From Blepharisma stoltei ATCC 30299 (lineage: Eukaryota > Protista > Ciliophora), in NCBI GenBank assembly GCA_965603825.1, contig CBFDEM010000040.1:124001-188000 (forward strand): 64,000 nucleotides of DNA, read 5' to 3'. Below, piece after piece: positions 49,001 to 59,900 of this stretch. The position numbers and the translations under genes are program-made. The stretch's first letter is position 1, and each line of letters starts with the position of its first letter. The notes beneath the pieces are model-generated. The model had not been told where the DNA came from and made no database searches. It saw only the letters and a list, made by a program, of their open reading frames with translations.

Positions 49001-50000
49001 TGAAGTTTGTGAATTTCCAAACAATTCAGGAAATTTTCAAAAATCAGATGCAGGGATTGAGGTCCTTCAAAACTGGAGTTTGAATGCTTTTGAAGTTGAT
49101 AATCATTTCGTCTATATCAAATCTATGCTAAAGCACTTCAACTTACTAAAAGAATTTGATATTAAGACATCAAAACTAAACGAATTTGTAATTTCTGTCA
49201 AGGACCATTATCATGCCAACCCTTTCCATAGCTTTATTCATGGATTTACAGTGATGCATTCAAGTTTCTGATTTTTTTCCAACACAAAAGCTGTGGCAAT
49301 TTTCAAAGCCCATGAAATTCTAGCACAGTTAATCGCTGCATTATGCCATGATGTAGATCATACAGGTCATACCAATACTTACGAAGTCAATAGTTCAAGC
49401 AAGTTTGCAATAACCCATAACGATAAATCAGTCTTAGAAAACCACCACGCATCATTAACATTCCATATCCTTCAACACGAATCCACCAATATTTTTGAGA
49501 ATATTCCACCAACAACCTTTAGAGCAATTCGCAAATTAATGATAAAATGCATTTTATGGACTGATATGGTCAAACATTTCCATATGGTTTCGTGCATGAA
49601 TACGAGGTTTAATGATTTAAATGAAAAACCAATAGGAACACTTGGAGATGACTGTGAAAAAGTTGGGGCGCTCATGCTGCATTTAAGCGATTTAGGGCAT
49701 AGTGCAAAAGAATTTTCGCTGTATTCGGAATGATCAAGAAGAGTTTGTAAAGAATTTTCGCAGCAGTATAAGGATGAACTGGAAAATGGGCTGCCTACAA
49801 CAGAATTTATGAAAAATTTGGACCAGCCTTATCAGTATTATAAAGGAGAAACAGGATTTTTGACAATTATTGCGAAACCTTTGTGGGACTGTGTAAATTT
49901 GTGGCTAGGCCCAGAAATTAATATATGTATGGAAAATTTGAATGAAAATATTAAAAGATATCAAGAAAAAGCTGAAGAGGCTTCAATAACTCCTTCATAA
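46098..50000 (+). CDS. Class I cyclic-nucleotide phosphodiesterase with GAF and PAS domains (~1300 aa)
   Basis: Four ORFs join via TGA (48039, 49269, 49731). GAF (GITGTVA...DDLRFD...ICMPV...EVINKK), PAS-like segment, catalytic NPFHSFIHG, HDVDHTG, VLENHH, TDM, SDL, and W..RV..EF.QQ with W=TGA. Confidence 0.9.
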
Positions 50001-50054
50001 ATAACTCGTTCTATAAGTTAATCACTTATAAGTTAAATATTTAAATAAGTTAAC

Positions 50055-51398
50055 TTATCCTATTGAATTTTTCCAAAACACGGCGCCGATTGCAATTTTC
50101 CCTATGAAGTTAATCACGCTTACAAAAACAATAATTTTTTTCACATTTTTTTCAACCCCTTCTTCATCAACCCATTTCTACCTAAGAATTACGCTCATGC
50201 TTGTCCAAAGCCAAATTAAATCATAAATCTCAGAAGCTAATATGGCCAAAGCCAAAATTTTATAATTGCTACTAACACTTTTCTGTAAAAAATAAATTAA
50301 TGCAATAACGCCTATTGTCAAGTTAGGAAAATCAGGTCTCACATACATTGATAAGCAGCTTAAAATTAACAGTAAATATATCGATAGTTGTGTCGCCAAA
50401 GACCACGCTATAGGTTTTCCTGAATTAATTTTACCGAAAGTTTTTTCTGAAAAAGCGTCCATTTTATCTGAAAATTGTTGCTCAGCTTTTTTGAATTTTG
50501 GATTCTGCAAAATCCAGTCCGACCCTATAACAGAAGCTGCTAAAGGTGACTGCAAATCTTGGTAATATTTTTCTATTTGAGCTAATTCTTGTTTATCTTC
50601 ATTTATAGCAGCATCAAACTGTGAAATAATCCCTTCTAAGTAGCTAGGCAAATCATAAACCCACTGAAGCCCTATTTCGATTGACCCAGAAACCCTATCA
50701 GTTATTTTTTTCCCTACAAGTTCTATATTGTCTTCATGCATTTGCTGATCTCTCAGCGCATCAAACGGCACTGACACTTCCCCAAGAAAATTTGTGATTT
50801 TCCCTTTATTTGAGTCAAAAACTTCAATTAAAATATCCCCAGTCCCATTCGTCACTGTAAACGAAAAAGTTTCATCCCAAATAGGGTTATCAGGGTTCGT
50901 TGGATTTGTTGTGATCTCCTGTCCTTCACACGAAATTTTTACGACTGGAGCTTTATTTCCTAAAATCCCGCCTCCTAAATTTTCTGCTTTTTGCACATTT
51001 ACAGTCAAAATATTCTTCTTATCACCTTTATTGGCTTTAGCTTCAATAAACTGTCTTTTGGTATCCGCTGATTTTTGAGTATTTTCTTTAATTTCTTGTT
51101 TAAGCACGTCGACACGAGATTTTACCAAAGTTTCAGCTTGATAATACCCGTTCACAAACTCATCTAAACTTATGACGGAATTTTGGTCTTTATCAAGCGT
51201 GTTAAAAATTTCTTTTAGTAATTGTGGATCAAAAGGTTTTCCGCTTTTTTTCGACAAATAATTATTAATTTCTTCAAAGGAAAGCTGCTTGTCGCCGTTT
51301 TTATCGATTTCTTGGAACTCTTCTTTGATTTTGGCTAGACGGTCTTGTTTTGAAGCACTTGTCGAGCGCATCATTCGGCCATTTTGAATGCTACTCAT
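50055..51398 (-). CDS. EF-hand + C2 domain protein with C-terminal multipass membrane anchor (~442 aa)
   Basis: DKNGDKQLSFEE and DKDQNSVISLDE EF hands; C2 domain (NPIWDETFSF). The apparent TAG at 50178 is the end of a 15-nt intron; splicing adds a final TM helix ending at TAA 50055-50057. Confidence 0.85.
50178..50192 (-). other. 15-nt intron GTAATTCTTAGGTAG
   Basis: GT..AG with A at position 10; contains an in-frame TAG. Removal yields KWVDEEGVEKNVKKIIVFVSVINFIGKIAIGAVFW. Confidence 0.85.
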
Positions 51399-51418
51399 AA
51401 TTTATAAAAATACTTCTA

Positions 51419-53716
51419 TTAACCACTAATTAAAGCTTGATAAAACTCATTGAGGCCGTCAGCTTCAATTTCTACCTTCAAGCCAAGGTTGTTGAACCTA
51501 AAAATCACTTCAATTTTTGATGCGAAATTTTCGACAATTTCTTTGATTACGTTTGCCATGTAAGGGGTGTCACTTATATAGGATTTCACCATCTGCTTCA
51601 TAGTATTCAAAAAGCATTCAGCTTGAGGAGCTTCCATCGCCTGCTGTGGGAAAAAGATTTTAGGGATCTCACTGATATGCTTGAAATGCAAGTCTATATT
51701 TCCTGACATCATAAGAAGCGACATTGGGAAAAAATCAGATGAATTTGTGGATTTTCCTCTGACTGCAAGTATCATTTCTAAAAATTTCACCCAATGCACA
51801 TATGTGAATTTCATCCGAAATGCCTCAAATAGCATTTCATTGCTTGTTTTTTCGTCAGATTGCAGATTTCTTATCCCATTTTTAAATTGTAACGATAGAT
51901 CAATATAATCGTCAACTGGTGACCTTATCACTCTTTCTACCAGCGCGATCTGGTCTTGTACAATGTCGAATTTTTCGTTATTTAAATCAATCCAAGCCCC
52001 AACAAAAACTTTATTTCCCATTACCTGTGCATTAGCTCCTAAAGCGTTTTGCAGTGATTGTCCATCATAAGCAGAAGCTAAAAATGAATTTAATAAAGAC
52101 TTGCAGGTGTCGTGAGCAAGCTGGGAATGGTCTGAAGAGGCGTCTCCAGTTTTTGTGGTGAGGGCTACAGCTACCCAACTTTCACGCATATTGAATGATA
52201 AAGCTTGGTTTGCTTCATGCACAATTTGTTCCCTTTTAGCACTTTTTCCTAGTTGCAGCCGCATGCTGAGCTTTGAGTCAGAAAAATCTTGCCCAACCCT
52301 CAAAGAAAACTCTTTTGTGTATGTTGCTTTATCAATAGTTCTCTTCCCAATCCCAATATTTCTCAATAAATCTACAGAGCCCGGCACATTTGCAGCAAAC
52401 TTGCTTGCAAAACTCCCAGCCATTTTCTGTATCGAAATTGCGCCTTGTCTGCCTCGTTTCCACCAATATACAAATTCTCTGAAATTGATTTTTCCATCAT
52501 GGTTTAAGTCCATTACTTGCATTGCATGCTGAATTTCGCTTTGGTTCGGGTTTCCTCCAAGTTGTTCTGTTGCCAATGCAAGCTCGCTCATATCTATAGA
52601 CCCACTGCTATCTTTATCAATTTTCATAAATACTTCTTTAAGCAAAACATACAGTTTTCTATCATCATTATACACTTTTTTCATAAATTCGTCCATATTA
52701 TTTACAATTGACATCCCCATTTCTTCACAAGTAGGCTCAATATCAGCTATAAGCTGGGGGTTATCACAAATGACGCTTTGGCTTCAGACGTATTTGAACG
52801 CTGCGTTAATTTTTTTGACTTCTTCAATGTCTTTTTGGGTTTTTAAAATATAAGCGATACAGTCAACTACTTTTGGGATATTTTTTGATTGGGAGCTTGT
52901 GATAGGAAAATCGTTAAAAGTCAATTTTTCAGTGACCCCGTTAACTTCAATGTTAAAAACGACAGCAGGTTTGTGACCATCGTTGGCACTGGGTCTTTGT
53001 TTGGCCCAGATTACTTTGTTGTAAGTTGTTGGGTGCTTGAAATCAGATAAACTTTGACTGTGGACGATCTCAGTGCTAGAAGCTGAAGGTTTTGGCTTTT
53101 GTGGAGGGCTTTTTAAGGTCTGAGCTTTGGCTTCTTCATGCTTTTGAGGATTTTTATCTGTTTGTGGCTGTTTTAGGTCTTCGGGTTTTTGAGAGGGAGG
53201 ATTTTTGGCTGTTTGTGGCTCTTTTAGTTCTTCTTTTTGTGAAGGAGGATTTTTAGCTGTTTGAGGAAGCTTGGATTCTTCATTTTTAGGAGAATTTTCA
53301 ATTTTTTTAGCTTCTTCGGATTTAATAGATGGGATTTTTTGGATAGGTTTTATTTCTGTCTGCGCCATAGCAGCTGATTTTAAATCTTCTTTAGTTTTTT
53401 GGATATGTGAAGGAATCGGCTCTTTTTCTGGGGATTTTGATTCTGAAGTTTTGGATTTTTCTTGAGGTTTTACTTCTATAGGTTTTGAAACGATTTTTTC
53501 AGCCTGGTTTGGCTGCTGGTCTTTTGAAACTGAATTAGGTTTCTCTTCATTTTTCTGGCCAGCTGCTACTTGATTTCTTCCTGGTGTTGATACAGTTTGC
53601 TGATTACCATTATTTTTTGCATTTCCTGGAGTTGAATTTGAAGGCTTTTCTTTTCCTCCAACTACTTTTTGAGGCGCAGCAATCTTGCTGCTTTTCTTTG
53701 AGCCACCGCAACCCAT
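51419..53716 (-). CDS. Dually acylated (MGCGGS) EF-hand protein with long P/K/Q-rich disordered N-terminus (~765 aa)
   Basis: ORFs 52784-53716 and 51419-52720 join in frame via TGA at 52784. EF hands DKDSSGSIDMSE and DLNHDGKINFRE. Three PQT(A/D)KNP(PS)QK repeats. Confidence 0.8.
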
Positions 53717-53770
53717 TGTAAAATTATTATGAAATCATAACTGAAAAGCCTGATTAAATTTAGACAGAAA

Positions 53771-54193
53771 ATGTCCCAATTATGACTTTTTTCTGCCCAA
53801 ACTGGGAATATCAGACAAATGATGATAATGAATGAAAATATGAGCCACCTAGACATAAATTGCTCCACAGAAATAGACCAAACAGCATTAATGCTGGCAT
53901 CTGCTAGAGGGTTTTTAGAAATTGTTAAATTTCTTATAGAAATTAAAGCAGACATCCATCATGAAGATAGATATAGAGAAAATGCGCTAAGTTTGGCTGT
54001 GTGAAATAGCCATAGAGATATAGCAGTTTTACTTTACAAATTAGGCAGTAGAATTCACGAGGATATTTGAGAACAAATGGGGGAAAAAGAAACAAAATTG
54101 TATGAAGAAATTCCTCGATTAATCCAGTGGGAAAAATTGAGAAAATTTTTAATATTTTCATTATCCACAAGAAATAGCTTTAAACTAATTTAA
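53771..54193 (+). CDS. Small ankyrin-repeat protein (~140 aa)
   Basis: ATG at 53771, three TGA=Trp, TALMLASARGFLEIVKFLI and NALSLAVWNSHRDIAVLL repeats, TAA 54191-54193. Confidence 0.8.
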
Positions 54194-54201
54194 TACAATA
54201 A

Positions 54202-54699
54202 ATGTTGGGTGTTTTGGATACTTTTAGTCCAGTTTCAACTGGGATTTTTGTTGGAAATAGCTCGGCTGCTAAAAATATCAATCTTTTGAAAGAAAATAAA
54301 ATCACACACATTCTTACATGTTGCAAAGAAATTGACCCCATATATCCAAACGACTTTATATACAAAAAGCTTGATATAACTGATACTATTGACTCAGAAA
54401 TCTCAGTCTATTTCGAAGAAGCAATTGAATTTATTGATTCCGCAATTGATAACAAAGGAAGCATATTGGTGCATTGCATAATGGGACAGTCAAGAAGCAC
54501 CACTATTGTTATAGCATATTTGATGAAAAAGAAAGGAATTTCTGCTAAAAAAGCGTTAGCATTTTTGAAACAAAAGCACAGAGATACTATGCCAAATGCA
54601 GGATTTATTAATCAATTGAGCAAATATGAGAGGAAGTTGAGGGAAATTAGAGGCCAGAGTAAAATTAGCGCATTTTGCTCAAATTGTGAAATTTATTAA
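54202..54699 (+). CDS. Atypical dual-specificity protein phosphatase (165 aa)
   Basis: VHCIMGQSRSTTIVIAYLM catalytic loop and PNAGFINQL. Confidence 0.93.
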   Translation: MLGVLDTFSPVSTGIFVGNSSAAKNINLLKENKITHILTCCKEIDPIYPNDFIYKKLDITDTIDSEISVYFEEAIEFIDSAIDNKGSILVHCIMGQSRSTTIVIAYLMKKKGISAKKALAFLKQKHRDTMPNAGFINQLSKYERKLREIRGQSKISAFCSNCEIY

Positions 54700-56918
54700 A
54701 GATGATATATATATTAGAGATTATATTCAGCTGATTAAAACTATTGCATTTAAATTGGTGTGAAATATTAATTTTTTAAAAAATCTGAAAATTTGTGTCG
54801 ATAGTGCATCAGGCTAAAAAGCAATTTATGAAAAATTTATATCTAAGAAGCTATTTATTAGAAGATACAATAATTGAATCAATATATAGAGCATAAATTA
54901 TGGTAAATTAAGCTAAGGCTAAAATTTTGGCATACTTGTAATCACTTATTTTCGATTAATAAATATACCTTTTGACTACTTCATCCGATTATTAGATATA
55001 GGAAATCATCCTACTGTAATGCAAAGAATAAAATATATTCCAATGAATTGCAAAAGGGTTTTTTTCCTAGCGAAATCGATGAGTAATTAGCAAGATATAT
55101 ATTTTATAAAGCAATAAATATATATATCCCTTAATTTATTTTGATATTATAAACTGAAATTAAATCTATTCAGCTTAAATATGAAGAAAAAAACTATATT
55201 GCTATTAAGCTCGTTTTGTTAAGTTTCATAATCAAATGCTTAAATACTAAATATCAATTGAATTAATGTTCTTGTTTAATTTAGAAACTTCTGAAATTTA
55301 TTACTAAAATTTCTACCTCAATTTCTTGGTCTACACTGACTAAGAGCGGCTTAAATTAATATTTAATTTGCTTGCACAAATTCTATTAAGCTTTCATAAT
55401 GGTTTATCAGCATTCTTAATTTAAAAATTATATAGCTTATAGGAAATAATTTTTAGATATAAAAAGAAAATGATTAGATGAATATGGCTACGAAAATGAT
55501 TTATTGGCTAAACTCTATTAAACATAAATGAATCCTTTAAGTCAAAAATAAGAAATTTTCTTTGTATGTGGAATAAATTTTTATTAATAAATAAAAAATA
55601 AAATAGGCATATTTATGCTGTAACGCTTATTATGCATCAGCAGCACCCATATTCAATATGCTAAACATTTTCTGACCATTTTGCTTTAAAAGAAATTCAG
55701 AAATTAAGCAGATATTTGTATGAAACATCGATAAATAAAGTCCTAAAATCCTTGATTTTTAATATACTATTGTCATCCAATGTTACATGCGAAAATTATA
55801 TTTATCTGAAAATTGAATCTAAATAATTAATAACTTTGAGTGATTTAAAAAGTAAAATTAAAGTTCGGTGATTAGTCCTTGGCAATTTTCGAGTAAATCT
55901 TTTCATATTATCGCATCAAAATTTTGATAAGCAAACTGCATTTAATCTCACTTTTTTACAGAAAATTGTTTAACTCAAAGTTTAAAATTAACTTAAAGCT
56001 AATATCGTAAGAAATATTGATTTTTAAATTGTTTGAGTTATTCCTGTATCATTATCCTACTATTATTGTTATTGTAAGTTAATTTTTTAACTGAATATTG
56101 CTAGAAAAATCTTTAAAATCGTTTTGAAGAGAATCTAGAAGTAAAAATTAGATTTTGGTGGTAAATAAGTGATTTGGAATAAAAAATATAGATATTTAAT
56201 CACCTCCAGACCTTTTGATTTTTCTTATATTAAAAATGTGCGTTTTTCAATACCTAGACTTACATAAAGTGCAGATTTTGGTGTTACTGTGCAAATAGAA
56301 GCATCTATGCAACAATTCTCTCAGTTTTTCAAGGTTCTATTTTGGTTTAAAGCAGCAAAATTACAAATAAGCCCTGTAAAAGCAAAAAATTTTGCATTTT
56401 AAGAATATTACTCAATCTGAAAAGATTTTTTGAGTTTTATTGAGAGAAAACATTAGAATTTAGCATAAAAGCACTTCAAATGAAAGACAGCTGCTAAAAC
56501 CTAATAAAACAATTTAAATAACCCGTTCTCGTTTAAAATTAAGTTTAAAAGAGTGTTAAAATTTAAAGCAAATCTTGAAAAGATTTCTTCTTAGTTAAAA
56601 TAATTAAGAAATATTCAATTTTTAGAAAAATAACTGTGAAAACTGTTTTGCTCTATCTTTTACAAATTATTATGCGTTTTTCTAGCGAAATTCTCATTTT
56701 TTTAAAAATCTCGAGATTCCTTCTTCCTTATCCTGTAAAATTCCACCAAACCGTTTTCATTCATTTTCTGCACATTTCCCTGCAATTTTCCTATATTTTT
56801 TCTTTCTTTTTCTCCTTCTTTGGCCCAAATCTTGACTTTTTGGGTGAAAATCCCAAAAAGGCTTCCATGTTTTTACGGATATAAGGACAAAGGTTTATCC
56901 GTTTTACACTATAATTTA

Positions 56919-59900
56919 ATGGCAATGAAATTGATTGTCCTCGCTGCCTTAGCTCTCACGCTAGTTGCAGCATCCAAAACTCGTGTTAATCAAGCTGAAC
57001 TTAATTTCAAGCAAGAACTCGCGGCAGTTCTTCTCCAATATTATGAACCTGAAGACTATTCAACATGTGATTGTTATAAGAACGCCGACCCAGAAATGAC
57101 TTATAAAGAAACTATTATGTATCTCCAACAAATCTCTTTAGGCCTAATCTCCTGCACTTGTGATGAACAAGAAAAAGACGAAAGCTTAGTTGAAGCAACT
57201 GACGGAAACATTGATGAAGACTATCTTGAAGAAGCTGCCTCCGATTCAGCATCTACCACTGACTTACCTGAACAAGCAGCTGAAAATACAGCAAGTACTG
57301 ATGTCGATACCTCAGAAGAGCCTGCAGACGAAGATACAGCCTCTGATGGAGAAACATCTGCTGAAGAAAGCACTCCAGTAGAAGAAAGCTCTTATGAAGA
57401 GCAACAAGCTGAAGAAACCTCATCAGGAGAAACTGTTGAATCAGAAGAAGATAGCGCCACTGGATGGTCATCTGAGACTATTACAGAAGAAAGCACTGAG
57501 GAAGAGACTGTTAGCGAAGAAGAAAGCTACCCATCTCAATCTGAAGAAGAATCCCAAGCTGAAGAACAATATGAGGAATCTCAAGCTGAAGAACAAGCAC
57601 CAGCTGAGGAACAAACCCAATCAGAAGAAGCAGCAGCTGAGGAACAAGCTCAAGCTGAAGAGCAAACCCAATCAGAAGAATCCCAAGCTGAAGAGCAATA
57701 TGAGGAATCTCAAGCTGAAGAAGAGGCAGCAGCAGAAGAACAAACTCAAGCTGAAGAATCCCAAGCTGAGGAGCAACATGAGGAATCTCAAGCTGAAGAA
57801 CAAGCACCAGCTGAAGAACAAACTCAATCAGAAGAATCCCAAGCTGAAGAGCAATATGAGGAAGCTCAATCAGAAGAATCCCAAGCTGAGGAACAAACCC
57901 AATCAGAAGAATCCCAAGCTGAGGAACAAACCCAATCAGAAGAATCCCAAGCTGAGGAGCAAACCCAATCAGAAGAATCCCAAGCTGAAGAACAAGCACC
58001 AGCTGAAGAATCCCAAGCTGAAGAACAAGCAGCAGCTGAGGAACAATATGAGGAATCTCAAGCTGAAGAACAAGCACCAGCTGAGGAACAAACCCAATCA
58101 GAAGAAGCAGCAGCTGAAGAGCAATATGAGGAATCTCAAGCTGAAGAACAAGCACCAGCAGAAGAACAAACTCAAGCTGAAGAATCCCAAGCTGAGGAAC
58201 AATATGAGGAATCACAAGCTGAAGAGCAAGCACAAGCTGAAGAACAAACTCAAGCTGAAGAAGAAGCAGCAGCTGAAGAACAACATGAGGAATCTCAAGC
58301 TGAAGAACAAGCACCAGCTGAAGAACAAACCCAATCAGAAGAAGCTGCAGCTGAAGAGCAATCTCCTGCTGAAGAACAAACCCAATCAGAAGAATCCCAA
58401 GCTGAAGAGCAATATGAGGAAGCCCAGGCTGAAGAACAAACCCAATCAGAGGAATCCCAAGCTGAAGAACAAGCTCAAGCTGAAGAATCCCAAGCTGAAG
58501 AAGAATCCCAAGCTGAGGAACAATATGAGGAAGCTCAAGCTGAAGAGCAAGCGCCAGCTGAAGAAGAGGCAGCAGCTGAAGAAGAATCCCAAGCTGAAGA
58601 GCAATATGAGGAATCTCAAGCTGAAGAACAAGCATCAGCAGAAGAACAAACTCAAGCTGAAGAATCCCAAGCTGAGGAACAACATGAGGAATCTCAAGCT
58701 GAAGAACAAGCTCCAGCTGAAGAATCCCAAGCTGAAGAAGAAGCAGCAGCTGAGGAACAACATGAGGAATCGCAAGCTGAAGAACAAGCACCAGCTGAAG
58801 AAGAGGCAGCAGCTGAAGAACAACATGAGGAATCTCAAACTGAAGAATCCCAAGCTGAGGAACAATATGAGGAATCTCAAGCTGAAGAGCAAGCTCCAGC
58901 TGAAGAACAAACCCAATCAGAAGAATCCCAAGCTGAAGAACAAGCACCAGCTGAGGAACAATATGAGGAAGCCCAAGCTGAAGAACAAACTCAATCAGAG
59001 GAATCCCAAGCTGAAGAATCCCAAGCTGAGGAACAATATGAGGAATCACAAGCTGAAGAGCAAGCACCAGCTGAAGAACAAACTCAATCAGAAGAATCCC
59101 AAGCTGAGGAACAACATGAGGAATCTCAAGCTGAAGAACAAGCTCCAGCTGAAGAAGAGGCAGCAGCTGAAGAAGAATCCCAAGCTGAAGAGCAACATGA
59201 GGAAGCTCAAACTGAAGAATCTCAAGCTGAGGAACAATATGAGGAATCACAAGCTGAAGAACAAGCAGCAGCTGAAGAACAAGCAGCAGCTGAAGAAGAA
59301 TCCCAAGCTGAAGAACAACATGAGGAATCTCAAGCTGAAGAACAAGCTCCAGCTGAAGAAGAGGCAGCAGCTGAAGAAGAATCCCAAGCTGAAGAGCAAC
59401 ATGAGGAATCTCAAGCTGAAGAGCAAGCTCCAGCCGAGGAAACTCAAGCTGAAGAAGAAGCTCAAGCTGAAGAGCAGCATGAGGAATCCCAAGCTGAAGA
59501 ACAAGCTCCAGCTGAAGAAGAAGCAGCAGCTGAAGAGGAAGCTGAAGCTGAAGAGCAACATGAGGAATCTCAAGCTGAAGAACAAGCTCCAGCTGAAGAA
59601 GAGGCAGCAGCTGAAGAAGAAGCAGCAGCTGAAGAACAACATGAGGAATCTCAAGCTGAAGAACAAACTCAAGCTGAAGAGGAAGCTGAAGCTGAAGAGC
59701 AACATGAGGAATCTCAAGCTGAAGAAGAGGCAGCAGCTGAAGAAGAAGCAGCAGCTGAAGAAGAAGCAGCAGCTGAAGAGCAACATGAGGAATCTCAAGC
59801 TGAAGAAGAAACTCAAGCTGAAGAACAATATGAAGAAGCTAGCTCTGAAGAGCAAGCTCCAGCTGAGGAAACTCAAGCTGAAGAACAAACCCAATCAGAA

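Noticed and set aside
973-52532. Numerous 60-210 aa ORFs antisense to confident genes (e.g. 11436-11990, 39943-40569)
   Set aside because: Shadow ORFs with no motifs, fully overlapping well-supported CDSs.
825-53716. Apparent clusters of fragmented pseudogenes or selenoproteins at TGA codons
   Set aside because: The fragments are in frame and TGA aligns with Trp, not with Cys/Sec positions.
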